Assembly (NCBI GenBank): GCA_012295275.1
Contig: CM022673.1
Location: 11,904,001 to 11,968,000, forward strand
Direction of reading: 5' to 3'
Length of the DNA stretch: 64,000 nt
DNA from: Chrysomallon squamiferum
Lineage: Eukaryota; Animalia; Mollusca
Translations under genes and position numbers: made by a program
In this document: one piece after another, positions 18,659 to 45,066 of the stretch
Layout of the letters: every line of letters starts with the position of its first letter
Position numbering within the stretch: the first letter of the stretch is position 1
Notes under the pieces: model-generated
Database searches by the model: none
The model's input: only the letters and a program-made list of their open reading frames with translations
Told to the model about the DNA's origin: nothing

Positions 18659-19540
18659 CAGTATACCCTCACCTATTCGCGGTTCCCCATTCGCGGCCCC
18701 GCATATTCGCGGGTTAGGCTCTTAACCCATTCGCATCGTGTGCTGGTATACCAGGCTAGCGTCATAACGTCATAAAAACAAATGCTCGGTAAACCGGGTT
18801 TTTGTAGGTCATAGATATATTAAGTGCCTGAAGAGTAGGAATAATTACCTAAAGTGCTGTAAAGCAGCAGCTAAGCTGTGCCATACTGTACATTAGTGTT
18901 ATCATCATCATCGTATGGCACTGCAAATTTCATCATCATTTTATTATCATTCATTATTGGTGACAGCACAAACAACATCAAATTTTTTCAATTATTATTG
19001 CAATACAGTACGTATTTTTTTATAAATGCATACACTATATGTACAGTGCATATTTTTGGTGACCGTGTATTAATAATGTTTTTAATTGCATATTATTACT
19101 GAATTGTATTATTATTACCTGAACTGTGCGTACTGTATTTATCTGTCTGTTTGCCTTTAAATTTGTTTCACTTTCTGTCAATTCTGTTGTACGCATAGAA
19201 AATGACTTTACGGTACAGTAATACTGTATGGGTAACTATGCTATGCGGTGTTACTGTCCTCCTGCACTTACGTTTCTTTCTGATTAAAATATTGTTTCAG
19301 TACAAAATTAAAATGTGTTTACATTATCATTACTACATTAGTGAAATACATAACTGCATGCAATATTACTACATTATTACTGTATTAATGAGTAAGAGTG
19401 TCTTTAGAAAGTGTTTGGGAAGCATTTAGTACCGTATATAATCTCATAATAGACGTTTTAAAACTGCATCCAATATTCGCGGTTTTTCGCTATTCGCGGG
19501 GGTAAAGAACGTAACCCCCGCGAATAGCGAGGGAATACTG
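18659..19540. mobile_element. Non-autonomous pogo/Tigger-type DNA transposon
   Basis: TIRs CAGTATACCCTCACCTATTCGCGG and rc CAGTATTCCCTCGCTATTCGCGG, flanked by TA at 18657-58 and 19541-42, with internal TATTCGCGG repeats. Confidence 0.8.
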
Positions 19541-19606
19541 TACATACTTTTGTAAGCAGTATCTTCCTCCAATTTTATGCCAATTCCTTCTTTTTCCTCT
19601 TTTCAG

Positions 19607-21796
19607 CTGTTATATTTGCAGCAGGTAATTTATTTTTTTCTTACGCTTCTGTGTCTTTCAGCTAGTTATCCTAATATAGACTAATACATAAATATATAGA
19701 GTAAGACATAAATAGGTAAATAGTAGATAAAGAGACCGACAGACAAACAGATGGATATACTCTAAGTCATCTAGGCTGGAGTTGTGTTACCTAATCTGAA
19801 AAACGGTGATATAACGAAAACGTTGTTGCGGACCAACCTCCATATAAATTATTGAATGTAGACTACCATACATACATAGATACACACATACGTACATACG
19901 TACATACATAGATACATACATACATATTTAATATAGTATTTACTATAATATTACACAGATACATACATATATATATATATACATTGAATTAATGTGTAAA
20001 TTATGTTTTTCATTTAGGTACGCAGGCTCAGAACGACAATGGCGATGGTAAGTAGGTTTTGCAAATACTTTAGATATCGCAATTTACTGCTCTCCTTTCT
20101 AGTCATCATTTAATATATATTACAACATAATATGTTAAATATTGAATGCATCCTTATATAATATATTTAATATTTAGTATATCTTTACACGGTATATTTA
20201 ATATTTAGTGTAATTCTTATTTAATATTTAATTTTAGTAAACATCTCTAGACTAGATTCTAAAGATAAACATACATATATACATACATATATAGATACCT
20301 GCACACATACACACACATATATATAGAATAAAGGTAACTACATACACACATACATTCATACATACATTATCTTGATCGCCGAACGGTAACGTCGTCCGAC
20401 TTCGGAGAGCGGGCGAAAGGGTACCATACGTTCGAGTCTCGACAGCGGCATCAGACGTACATACATACATACATACATACATATCTGGGTGACTTATACT
20501 TTATATTTAATACATATATATATATGTATGTATGCATAAAACATATAGACAGGTACATGCATACATTCGGAAATACCTAAACTAACGAGAAAACGTAACT
20601 GTGCATGATATAATGTTTCACACAGCTATATATTTTCTAAAAATAAATATTTATATACAGCTCTGTTCATGATGAAAGTAAAAGCATAGTACATGAATAC
20701 GTAACTTCATTGAGTTATTCATGTTATGTGAATTTCATTTTATAGATGAAACTACAGCAGAGGCCAGCTCAACAACAGCAGCATCGGCTGACCTCTCAAC
20801 AACAGCAACAACCATTAACACAACCATAACGTCAAGTAAAAAAAATATATATATTTCTTAAAGTTGAAATGAAAGAGATATGTCTAAGTTAAACTTTGAG
20901 TACAACGCAGAGAACTCGAGCACTGATATCTTTGTGATGATATTAACACAGTTGGCTTTGTGTGCATCCCATACATTTGTGTAAATAAAATTGTTTCTCA
21001 GTGTATGTACTGTTTCTTAGTCTACATACATTTAATCCTGATTAAGAGAAATCGTCTTTTATTTTAAATTTTCATTTCAGTAGATAATTTTTGTTTGTGT
21101 TTATCGTAATGTTTACTATGACAGTACAATTATATTTCTGTACAGTTATGGTTGATTTCATTGTTAATATAATTAGTATTAAGATTTCTAACAGTCAGAT
21201 CATTTTACTTTCAGCTGAAAATACCACTAGTGCAGGTACGATTATCTTTAATTTATTGCGCAGTAAATTATTTTAATTGATTTTATTATATAGTGTTGTT
21301 GTTGTTGATCATGTTGTTTGTTTATTAAATAGTGGACGGATTTAATAAATATATATAAATACATAACATTCATATATAATTATATATTTTATTTTTCTTA
21401 TTATTTTTTTTTCTTTTGCATCTATTTCTTTCTTTATTATTAACGTTAGGTAGATTAAATAACTGTTTAACGAAATAAGATTGTAGAATCCGTTTTCTAG
21501 GATTACTGTGTATGTCTGTTTTGTCTATGCCATTTAAAGTTTCAAGTACACGATAGACTTAGAAACAGATATCAAACTGAATCGCAGAACCCCTGATGCA
21601 TGGACATATAATTTAAATATAATTATTCATTTAAAGAAAAAGAAGATAATATTGAATAATATATTATTAATATGCTTTTATGTTATATGAATATTAATAC
21701 CAGTTACGTTTTGTTCTTTTAATTTCAGGAAACGAAATGGTTCTGTCAACCGTTACTGCCTTAATGACAGGTTTTGTGTTTCTAGAACTGAACTGA
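19607..21796 (+). CDS. G2: micro-exon GPI-mucin paralog, exons 2-6 (first exon uncertain)
   Basis: GT-AG exons 19607-19624 (18), 20018-20047 (30), 20746-20835 (90), 21215-21235 (21), 21729-21796 (68), all phase 1: xVIFAAGTQAQNDNGDDETTAEASSTTAASADLSTTATTINTTITSTENTTSAGNEMVLSTVTALMTGFVFLELN*. AATAAA at 21895-21900. Confidence 0.7.
20370..20482 (+). mobile_element. tRNA-derived SINE, internally truncated
   Basis: A-box-like TCGCCGAACGG, B-box-like GTTCGAGTC and a (TACA)n tail. Confidence 0.65.
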
Positions 21797-22475
21797 GCAG
21801 CAGTGGGAAAACATAGAGCAAAAACTAACAGTTTCACGTTTGTCTGCAGTGACTGTTTTCTCAACCTGTGCGAATAATTAGCACAAACAGACTGAATAAA
21901 AAATGTTTGGTACAAATCAGAAAATGGAATAAAACGCTGTCTCTGGTATTAACAGCAGTAACATAAAAATGACATACATAAATTAAATTAACAAAATATA
22001 ACTAGATAAAAATAAATAAAGAAATAAAATAAAGAATCAAAATAGTATATTCATACAGATTTCTACTGCTAAATTTAAATACATACTTGTTAATGACCCG
22101 TTTCATCTGGTAAAAACAAATGTGTTTGGCAAAAAAAAAAAAAAAAAAAAGGTACATTCTGCAATAAATATATCTGAGTTTTGATTTGTTTCTTGATTAT
22201 TATTCTTGTTTTGTGTTTTATTTTATTTCTTATTTTTGTTGACACGGACTATGAAATTCTATTATTTCTTACAACTGTAATATAATTCCCGTTATGTCTT
22301 CAAAGAGAAATAGTTGTACCTCGTTCCAGTACAGTAAATTATTGTCATATAAATCTATTTTTTACATTTTCTTTTTCTTTTTGCAAAGACTTCATGACAC
22401 TAGATTTATTAATGTTTAATACTATTGTTATACTGTTCCTCTTTCATTTCGTTTTTGAATTATATTTTTATTTTT

Positions 22476-22511
<36 letters not shown>

Positions 22512-23103
22512 TTGCTCTTTCCAATATCAGAGTAATAAATTTTAAAATATTTTAACACATCTGAATTAAATACTAGTTTGAACTCGAGCCAGAATCAAGT
22601 CGATAAAACGACCTACGTGAATGTAATTAAAGATGCCGTGATGAACTATGTCAGTATTTATTGTCACACATTGCGTGCTAAGTGGTTGGATCTAATACCT
22701 CGAGCTCGCGTTGGGCTAAATCTCGCTCCACACCTTTTTTTTCATCTTTTTTTTTTTTTTTTGTTCTTCTAGTAAATCAAAGACGGTGTTTTCTGCATCA
22801 GTAATTCCGAAACCTCTTCAACAAACTGAAATCCTGTCCTGAATCGTTGTAGCAGTAGATCGTATGTATGTAAGTCATCTAGGCTGGAGTTGTGTACCTA
22901 ATCTGAAAAACGGTGACATAACGAAAACGTTGTTGCGGACCAACCTCCATATAAATTATTGAATGCAGACTACATACATTCATGCATACACGCTTAAATA
23001 CATACATACATAAATGCATACATAATTATATACACATATACATAATAAACATACACACACATTTTTATTTTCAAAAACACACACACAAACTCACATATAT
23101 ATA

Positions 23104-23779
23104 CAGTGGTACCTTGACTTACGAGTTTACTTCGTTCCTTAGCCGAGCTCGTATATCAGATCAATTTTCCCAACTGAAATTAATTGAAATACCATTGATC
23201 CGTTCCAGCCCCCCAAAAAGCACCATTTTTTTTTATTTTTTTTTTTTCTGTAACGTTATTTTAAATTAAAAAAATGAATTTGTAAATGACAAATATTGTA
23301 TAAAAAAAACAAAATGAAAGAGAATGTAAAGAAATATATTGGTTTTGTAAAGTATGTTTATGTTGGACATCAGACAAATTATTTTAATGCCTTTGGCTGG
23401 AGTTACAGCCTTTGTGGACTCCTTCTGCTTCAGTATGGTACGTATCGTAGAAGTACTTCACTCGTACTGACTAGCCAAGTCAACTACATGCACATCTCTC
23501 TCATATATTTTTAAGAATTCAATCTTTAAAAAATTCAATGGATATCATCCGCTGCTTCTTCTTCTCAGTACTGTCTTTTGCACTCACTTTCTTAGGATCC
23601 ATGGCCAGAAAAGAGAAATTTGGCAAAATACTGCACAAAACGCGAGCACAACACAACAGAGATGCTTCCACAGCGAGTTAACCACGTGAAGTAAACGAAT
23701 TACACGCGGGTTGCTGGCCGGATGTTATGTTGTTCGTTGTGCCAACTAGCGGCGGCATATCTGAAGCTCGCTCGTAACT

Positions 23780-23781
<2 letters not shown>
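23104..23781 (-). mobile_element. Tigger/pogo-type transposon remnant with decayed transposase N-terminus
   Basis: TA|CAGTGGTACCTTGACTTACGAG end. The minus strand from 23602 reads MDPKKVSAKDSTEKKKQRMISIE... and, after a frameshift, VVDLASQYE*STSTIRTILKQKE, typical of the Tigger N-terminal HTH. The other end is truncated. Confidence 0.7.
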
Positions 23782-23814
<33 letters not shown>

Positions 23815-23822
23815 ATTTTGTT

Positions 23823-23876
<54 letters not shown>

Positions 23877-25058
23877 TTATATAAATAATAAAAAGTACTA
23901 AAGTAATCAACATATTGTGTAAGAAATCTAGAAGTTATATCTACGATTTGCGATTATTTACTGTTCACATCTACTATCGTGTGACTAATGATTCAGAATA
24001 ATGAACGCGATTTGCGATTATCAGCTTATATTCCGTGTTTCTGATTTTTAAATAAGGTCGGAAACTAGATATACTCTAATAGAGTATGACATTGTCCCAT
24101 CTCCAGTATTATGTTATATTTTATTACACACCCAAAACAAAACAAATACCTTCTGGGTCACATCCTGGATTAAAAGGCTGCAACATACCCAGTAAAAAAT
24201 CAGGACGAACAAGATGGCAGTCAAGATACGTCTGCATTAATAATCAATATATAACCGAAGGATAAATTGCAAAAGTCACTCCCCAACTTTATATACATTC
24301 TCGGTGTAGCATAGGAAAATACACTGATGTGAGATTTCTTACATGTAATAATTACTGTCAGCGAGGATTTCGATGTTAGCCATTTTCAAAAATGGCTGTA
24401 TTTGGTGTATTCCCGAATTGTAACTGTTTGATAAAAACCAGTTTGTTTGACGACTCGTGGTCCGTTGGTTAATGCAATAATTATTTACGTGTGTAAAAGT
24501 AAACTATAGATTATGTACACCACTCCTTTACCTATTCATTTTAATGATACAACAGTTTGGTTGTATATTCATAACATTCCTTACTAATACATTTGTTGTT
24601 AATTTAACACAGGCAAAAATTCTATTTTTATTAATTCTGACAATTTATATAATGATGATATTAAATTATAGCAATGGATTTTTACATGTATTCACAAAGT
24701 CAGAAAAGCATTTAGAGTCGAGAGCCACTGGTTATAACGGAAATAATAGTTGAGTTCCAGTGTTTCTGCAGAACTTCGTTTCAAGAAATTAATTGTTACT
24801 TCATCTCTCTCTCTCTCTCTCTGAAATACCAACATCTGCTTAACAAAAACAGAGCAAGGATGTTTTTAAAATGAAATGATAAAAAAGAATTGGTCTGAAT
24901 GTATCTTTATTTCAGAACAAACGTCTTCATCAGATACATGCAGGTTTTTTCACACAAATGAAAGAACATCAAGAAACAAAATTAAATAATTATCATTTAG
25001 TCGTTGATAGTTTGCTAGAAATTCCAAAAGGAGTTATTAGAACTTTCGTTAGTTTATT

Positions 25059-25097
<39 letters not shown>

Positions 25098-25510
25098 TTA
25101 TGTTGTTGCTGTAATTTGGAAAGATCTTCCTTCCTTTGTGTGTTGTTCTTTTTTTGTTGTTGTTGCTTTTTAAATACACTGCAATCTTGAGTATAAATAT
25201 TACGTAGAACTAGTTGTAGAAGATCTGTTCTGAAAAAAATGAACTTCACTAGTAGATTAATAAAGTTAATAATATAAATAACCTAACCAAACAAAGGACT
25301 GCTAAACTCAGAAACATCGTTTTTCTGCGACGTTCCACTCCTACTCGTCATCGGGTCTACTCCTACGAGAGACGACGGACACGTCATGAATTTATCACAG
25401 TTAAAAGTACATTCACACAGTTCATCACGATTATTAATAACAAAATCAGCACTCATGAGTTTTTATGGACGGAATGGGTTGTTTTTTTTCTGGTTTGTTG
25501 GGTGTTTTTT

Positions 25511-32744
<7,234 letters not shown>

Positions 32745-32867
32745 TTTATATGTTAATCCTTGATATTTTGTTGTTTTCTTTTATTTTTTATTATTTTTTT
32801 TCCCCTTAAACACGTTTGACTTTAATCTTTAATGTAAGAAAGATGTGGTGGGTGGTGATCGGTACGA

Positions 32868-32895
32868 CTATATAAAGACCTGGTTACTAGGTGAC
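32868..32895 (-). promoter_or_regulatory. G3 core promoter: X-box-like motif plus TATA-like element
   Basis: Minus strand GTCACCTAGTAAC (32895-32883), then TATATAG (32874-32868), ~125 nt upstream of the ATG. Confidence 0.55.
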
Positions 32896-35092
32896 TTCTG
32901 TGTATTTTGTATAAATATGATGATCGAACGAATAGAGAATCGTGTTTATAACTGTTTATAATTATGATTTTGATTGACAGGTTAAAAAACAATGTGAAGC
33001 TTGTTCACGTCTGCCCTTCTAGCATGATTTTATATTAAGAAGGTATCAGGACTACTGTATCAAAATTCAGAGTCTATTATGACGAAGGAAAAAGAAGAAT
33101 AACAAGGATGACATGACTAAAAGGGCATTTTGAACAAAGCCCATAAATCAAAGCATCAAAAGAGGTAGGTATATTTGGTGTAAATCATCTCCCACTGTGG
33201 CCAGCCCTGACAAAATGAGCACGATGTAACTGAATCTATCATCTCCATCTGTTTGTATTGTACACGATTAACTTAGACTAACAAAAGCACCATTTGAATA
33301 GAGACTCGTAAATTGAAACAACAAAACAGTAAATGTATCTCTAATGTAAACATCCCCCACTGTGATAAAATCTGAATGATTTTGAGATATCATCTTAATT
33401 TAATCCTATTGTATACGTTTAACTTTTAAGAGCGTGGGAAATAATTATAAGGTTTTTAATATCATCAGTAAAAAACATACATTTTGTACTATAATAAAAT
33501 ACGAGAAAGAAATACAAATCTGGATTATCTGCTAGTAAAAGATTTATTTTAATAAAGTACAAGTCACTGAGATCATGATAACTACTGCTTCCACTAAACA
33601 GGACTGAGCTTGCGAGCCACGGCTTGACAAGGAAACCAGTTTGACTGGTCAGTCGTTTTCACAAGAGAAGAAAGGCACATTACAAATTAACACAGATTTG
33701 AAGAATGATGACAATGTTTAAATTATTTTTCTTTCCTACTAAATTAGTAGACGAAACACCATTCTTACACCCTGAACATCAATTAAAATATAAATTATTT
33801 TGACGATACAAAATAAAATAACAAATCTGTCCTATGAATCTATAGAAATAATAGACCGAGTATGGACAAATGGACACTTGGAGAACAAAGAGGTATGTGA
33901 TAGGATATGTTCCATGTTTGTACACGTTTGATTTACCTCGGTCCTGTCGACGATATACACAGTGGTTAACTCCATTCTGTCGTAACTAAGCTAAACAAAA
34001 ATATCGTGATTTCAGTGATCACGTGTACAGAAAATACTGGAAGATGATCGTGCAGCCAGAAAACGTGAGAATACCTGTTCAAGAAAAACTTTAGAAACAT
34101 TAGCCAGAAATCATGATTTACAGAAGAAGGGTGATGTTTTTAGTGGTCATGAAATATTGTTTTGTTCTATGTCATGTAAATTCTTGCTGTGTAATTTTTA
34201 TGATGCAATAATGTGAATGTAACTATAAATTTTATAAATACACACTCACGCACATATGCACTCACACACATAGAGAAATATATGCAGAAATATAAACAGT
34301 AATTGTCCCGTTTCCATTTTTGCTACAGTCGGAACAAATGAAAATGAAAATGACCTCTAGTTGTTATTTCCTCTTGGAACTCGATGACTTACGACTGACG
34401 TACACTTTACGCTGTAATATATAAAAAGATTAAGAATATCAAACAGAAATAATCAAAAAGAACAAAACTGAAGAAATATCTCTTATTTGTTTCTCTCATA
34501 AATAGTAATTACAGTCTACCAAACCATGTCATAAAAAAATCCTAGAAATTCAGGATTACAGAACGTGTTTGATTCTTTAAAAGTAGGTTAAACACCCACC
34601 AGACACTTTTAACAGAAATTCGTAATATAGATTACAGATATTAGATTTTTGTTTACGGAATATTTCATGCTCAGTATTATATCAAGTAACGCGTTGGCAT
34701 AAAGGTTTGTTTACTCTGTATTTTTCTCAAATTGCTCAAAAGTTTTACATAAAATAACAAATCAAACTTATGGTAAAACAGTATTAAGACATTTAATGGT
34801 TTTCGTTCTGTGGTGATAATCTGTATAAATGTTTTTTTTTTTGTGTGCTGAATGTTATTGTTTGCTGCTGATGTTTGTACAGGTTTGGTTTCTATCTTGA
34901 TACGAATATCGTACAGATTAGACACGAGGTGAATCTTTACTGAACTACTACTCACTTTACTTTAATATTAAACATCTGTACGTGTAAAATTGAAACGCTT
35001 TCCTGTAACACTTGTTGCAAGGGAAAAGTGACATCATCATAACATCCATCACCTGAGAAACATGATCACAAACAAACACACATAGATACATA

Positions 35093-35240
35093 GGGTTGTC
35101 TCGATGGCCGAACGGTAACGTCGTCCGCTTCGGGCGGGCGGATGGTGCCATACGTTCGAGTCGCGTCAGCGGCATCTGTAGGGGTTCCTAACTGCACTTT
35201 GTCCACCTAGTGCAGTCTAGTTAAACCTTCAAAATCCTAA
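35093..35240 (+). mobile_element. tRNA-derived SINE copy
   Basis: TGGCCGAACGG (A box) ... GTTCGAGTC (B box), with the same head as the other copies. Confidence 0.65.
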
Positions 35241-35515
35241 AACACACGTTGATTTTCGGCGACCCATTGTAACAGGATAAATTCTTCCTTTTGTTTTTGG
35301 ATAATGTTGGTTCAATGCATCAAAATGTGATTTCAGTACGTCCGTATTGCACGTGCTTCTGCGACAGCACGAGCGCACCGCGTCTGCACGTGCAGTACAC
35401 AGAGCAGCGTGCTATATGACAAATGGTGTTATTTTCATTATCCAAAGCGCATATGCAACTAACAGATTACCAAGTTTTATCATTTTATTTTAATTTATTT
35501 GGAAGCAACAGTCAT

Positions 35516-35574
<59 letters not shown>

Positions 35575-35967
35575 AACACAAATAGACACATTCACCTTTA
35601 TTTTAAGATCACAAGTCGAGATACAAACTGTACGTGTGCAAGACATTAACAAACTTCAAGTGTGGGTAAACCTATAGGTTACAAAAATTAATTGTACGTG
35701 ACAATCTGAACATTTGTCTTAAGTTCACACTGATAATGTCACGATCCGTTACTGACACGCGACAGATAAATAAAAACGTACGTGTATATTTCTATGTATA
35801 GTAACCTTTCAAAAACATTTTCATAATTCAATTTAAATTAATTAATGAATTTAATATAATTATTTGATAATATTCTAGTCTTCAGCTAGGATGTATAAAT
35901 TAATATGTATATACTTGCATACATAAATACACAGAGATATATGTATATATATATATATATATATACA

Positions 35968-36017
<50 letters not shown>

Positions 36018-38100
36018 GACATACATGGAGATGTACACATATATGGGCATACGCACACGCATATGCAGAATAAAATGAACCAGTACGTAATATCACATTC
36101 CTCAGATAGTATCTTAACATAAGCGATATTAAGTCATATTGTTTTCTTCTGGCGAGTTAGATACAAAAGACCCACTAGCGTCCGTTAAAAGCAAACGCTT
36201 TATTATATAAATATTTCGACTGTTAGGAAAAACACAACACGAAATAAACATCGAAGCAAACGAGATCTGAATGAGAAGAAAGAATTATGAATTAGATAAA
36301 AAGTAGTTAAACAGAAAAAGTTTCCTCTGAGTCATATTAAAAAATTAAAAAATTAAATAAAATTAACGATATATAGAAATCTTAAAATAATCTCCATGTT
36401 ATTAATCCGTTTCATAGGATTTATAACTGCACACAGATTTTTTTTTTTTTTTTTTTTTACATAATGATCCCAACATTAAAAAAAAATAATAAAATAAAAT
36501 AAAAATAAGACTACAAAAGAAATATTTGTGCTTGTATTATCATAAACAGGGAATCACATGTCACAACCTTTAGTGTGGCACTCGTTAGTTACTAGTTGGA
36601 ACGGTATATAGCACAGTAGATGAACGAAGAAGGCTTGAACAAGGGACCACTAGCTCAATAAAAGATCGCTGTTTTGTTGTCAAGCTAGTCAAAGTTGAAA
36701 CATAGCACGTTGTTAGATAACTCTGTTTATTTTATGTGGTACTTGTCGTTAACGAGTTAATACTACGTCAGTTTGAAACGAGATACATTACTCATTGTAT
36801 TTATAGTTTAGTGCTTTTTTTCTTCTTTTAATTTCTTTTTTGTCCTGTCAAGTGCGATAAATGTTAGATATGTTTATATTAATTTACCAACATTAATTAT
36901 CTCCCTTGGTTTGTCGTAGAAGTGTTAATATACATGTACATACGTATATACGTACATAAATATATACACACAGACAGACAAATATGGAAAGGTACATAGA
37001 AAACGCAGTACGCATTTATTTTGACTCGGCTACTGTTTAATGCAACAACGTTCAACGATGCTCGAATTTTCTGACTCTGCGAGGGATGTCCTAGAACCGG
37101 CTTGCCAGCTTGGGAAGTCGCCCATAAATTCAGATGCCGTAAACTTTCGACTGTGCGTCTGCAAGACAGCTTACACGTGATCGACCCCGCCCTCGTGCAC
37201 GACGTGTCACTGTCCAGCATCAAGTTCAAAAAATGTGCCTGGCTCAGCTGCACAAGAGATTTTAACCTGCAGCTACGACAGCTACTACCATCCACGTTCC
37301 ACACGTTCCCAAACAGTCAACAGACTGCATGACGTCCACGACGGACTGCAGCAGGGTATGAAACGTAGACGTAGCGAAAGACGCGCCAGCTGCTGGGCAG
37401 GTCGTGGTTGATGACGTGGGGAGGATTCAACACGCAAAGTAGGACAGACTTCACACTATCCGAGGACGTTGTGTGCCACGTTACCAGAAATTCTGTTTCT
37501 TACCCAACTCGCAGTAAGGACTGGTTAATGAAATTAAGCGATGTTACTAATATCTTGGGCTGTGTCCTTACTTTACACAGCAGTCTCGTTTCCCTAATTC
37601 AGTGCGTGAATAGAATTTGTCTGACATTGTTACTAATTTAATGACATCTCAGTTAGATCATCGTTTCCCACGGCTGACAGCACACACACAGCACACACGG
37701 ACGCACACATATTTAGTGAATAAATTTATGTGGCTCCAAAACAGGCAAAACTAAACACTGTGGTGTGAACCATAAACAAAATACTGAATTCAATGCTCTA
37801 TGGATGTCATCATTTTCCCTTTCTCTAATATTTTGCAAGATGTGCCACATTATTACATACACAGTTACCTTCTCCCGTTACTATATATATGTACCTATGT
37901 GTATGTGTGTCTGTGTGCATATATATGTATTTAAGTAAGTATGTATGAATGCATGTATGTAGTTACCTTTATTTTAATCCTATGTATTTTGTTGTTTTTT
38001 GTTATTGTGCTTTCAAAATTAAATTCTAATTCTACTCAGATGTATACTTTTATTTTGTTTCTTTGTTTCTTTAATTTAGTGATGTTACTTGAAAACTTAG

Positions 38101-38710
<610 letters not shown>

Positions 38711-39867
38711 TTTTTATGTTATTCCTTGGTATGTTGTTGATTGTTTATGGGGTTTTTTCTCCCATAAACTTTAATCTTTGATCCAAGCAAGTGAAAGGCA
38801 CGATTATATAAAGATCAGTTTATTAGATTACTTGTGTGTTTATATGTATTTTTATATAAATTTGATGACTAACGAATAGACAATCGTGTTTATAACACTA
38901 CAGCAATATTTTTGATTGACTGGTTAAAAAACAATGTGAAGATTGTTGAGGTCCGCCCTTCCAGCATGATTTGATATTAAGAAGGTATAAGAACTATTGT
39001 GTCAAAGTTCAGAGTCTATTATGAGAAACAAAAAAGAAGAATAACAAGGATTACGTGACAAAGGGTAATTTTTAATAAATGCCTGTAATTTGAAACAACC
39101 AAACAGAAAACACAAATAGTTGGTTTAAATGTCTCCCACTGTGAGAGCACGATATAACTGAAAAAAAATCTTTATGGTTTAATAATGTGGGAAATAATTA
39201 TAGGTTTCTAACACTGTAAGTAGATAAAGCAGTTTGACTGCTCAGTCGTTTTCACCATGAGAAGAATGGTACATTACACATTTTCACAGATTAGAAGAAT
39301 GATGACAATGTTTAAATTATTTTTGTTTCGTACTAAATTAGTAGACGAAACAGCATTCTCACACCCTGAACATCAGTTAAAATATAAATTTTCACAGAGG
39401 TGCAATAAAATAAATAAATAATTTTGAAGATATAAAACAAAATAACAAATCATTTCTATGAATCTACAGAAATATTAGACCGCGTATGAGACAACTGGAC
39501 AGTTGGAGAACAAAGAGGTATGTGATACGATATTTTCCATGTTAGTTCATGTTTGATTTACATCGGTTCTCACGATGATATGCACAGTGGTTAACTCCAT
39601 TCTTTCGTAACTACGATAAACAAAAATATCGTGATTTAAGTTGTCACGTAGACAGAAAAAACTGTAAGATGATCGTGCAGCCAGAAAATGTGAAAAGACC
39701 TTTTCAAGAAAAACTTTAGAAATATTAGCCAGTAATCATGATTTACAGAACAAGGGTGATGTTTTTAGTGGTCATAAAATATTTTTTGTTCTATGTCATG
39801 TAAATTCTTGCAGTTTAATTTTTATGATGCATGAGTGGTAATATAACTATAAACTTATTGTTATTTA

Positions 39868-39907
<40 letters not shown>

Positions 39908-41021
39908 TACTTATTTATTCTTATATTCATTATTATTTTTTACTTTTTTTTTGTTATATAAATAATAAAAAGTACTAAAGTAATCGACATATTGTGCAAG
40001 ACTTATATCTACGATCTGCGATTATCTACTGTTCACATCTGCTATCGTGTGAATAATGATTTAGAATAATGAACGCCGTTTTGCGATTATTAGCTTATGT
40101 TCCGTGTTTCTGATTTTTAAATAAGGTCGGAAATTAGATATACTCTTATTTACCATTTCCAGTACAATGACGTATTTTATTACACACCCAAAACAAAACA
40201 AAAACCTCCCAGGCTCTTACAACTGAAGATTTAAAACTGATTTATTCTGCTGGGTCACATCCGGGATTAAAAGGCTGCAACATACTAAGTAAAAAATCAG
40301 AACGATCAAGATGGCAGTCAAAATACTTCTGCATTAATAATCAATATATAACCGAAGGTTAAGTTGCAAAAGTCACTCCCCAACTATACATGCACTCTAG
40401 GGGTAACATAGGAAAATACACTGATATGAGCTTTTTTTACATATAATAGTTATTATCAGCAATAGATTTCGATGCCAGACATTTTGAAAAATGGCTGTAT
40501 TTGGTGAATTCCAGAATGTTTTTTTTTACTTTTGCTTCCAGTGTCACAAACATGATAGGTTACTCTCATTCCTAGTAACTGTTTGATGCAAAACCAGTTG
40601 TTTTGGCGGCTGGTGGTCCGTTGGTTAATGCAATAATTATTTACGTGTGTTAATGCAAACTATAGATTATGTACTTTACCTATTCATTTTAATGATACAA
40701 CGGACTGGTTGTACATTCATAAAATATTTCTTAAATTGATCCCAAATTAGGCATCCTACCACCAAATCTTCTCAATTACTTTTTAGATGCGTCACTTTCT
40801 TTACTAATATATTTATTATTAATTTAGCCAAAGGTGAGAGAAAAAAAATATATTTTTACTAATTCTAACAATTTATATAACGATTATACTAGTTTGCAGC
40901 AACAGATCTGTATATGTATTCACATAGTTAGAAACGCATTTAGAGGGAAGAGCCACTGTTTGGAACGGAAATAATAGGTAAGTTCCAGTGTTTCTGCAGA
41001 ACTGCGTTTGAAGAAATTAAT

Positions 41022-41098
<77 letters not shown>

Positions 41099-41413
41099 CA
41101 AACTATTGTACTTACTCTGTTTCAGATTCACTCATCCATTCTCTCTCCCTTTCTCTCACTCTTTACGTTACAGCTTTCGTTCTGAAATACCAACATCTGC
41201 TTAACAAAAACAGAGCAAGGATTTAGAAGGTGTTTTTAAAATGAAATAATAAAAAAGAATTGGTCTGAATGTATCTTTATTTCAGAACAAAGGTCTTCAT
41301 CAGATACATGCAGGTTTTTTCACACAAGAAACAAAATTAAATTATTATCATTCCATCATTGATAGTTTACTAGAAATTCCAAAAGGGGTTATTAGAACTT
41401 TCGTTAGTTTATT

Positions 41414-41464
<51 letters not shown>

Positions 41465-41798
41465 TTTGTTATTACGTTGTTGTTCTAATTTGGAAAGATC
41501 TTCCTTCATTTGTGTGTGTTTTTTTTTGTTTTTTTTATTTTTTGAACACACTACAATCTTCAGTATAAATATTACGTAGAACTAGTTGTAGAAGATCTGT
41601 CAGAAACGTCGTTTTTTAGCGAGGTTCTACTCTTACTCATCCTGGGGTCTACTCCTACGAGAGACGACAGACACGTCATGAATTTATCACAGTTAAAAGT
41701 ACAATCACACAGTTAATCACCATTATTAGTAACGAAACCAGCACTCTGAGTTTTTATGGACGGAATGGGGTTTTTTGTGCTAATTTGTTGGGGTTTTT

Positions 41799-44935
<3,137 letters not shown>

Positions 44936-45038
44936 TTTATGTTATTACTTGATTTTTTTTTTTCCTCTTGAACACGTGGGACTTTAGTCTTGTATCACGT
45001 ATCTCTCAGCAAGATGTGGTGAATGGTGATAGGCACGA

Positions 45039-45066
45039 TTATATAAAGACCAGGTTACTAGGTTAC
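45039..45066 (-). promoter_or_regulatory. G5 core promoter: X-box-like motif plus TATA
   Basis: Minus strand GTAACCTAGTAAC (45066-45054), then TATATAA (45045-45039). Confidence 0.55.

Noticed and set aside
20370-20455. tRNA gene (A and B boxes)
   Set aside because: Multiple diverged copies with a shared non-tRNA body and TACA tail indicate a SINE head, and no convincing cloverleaf was found.
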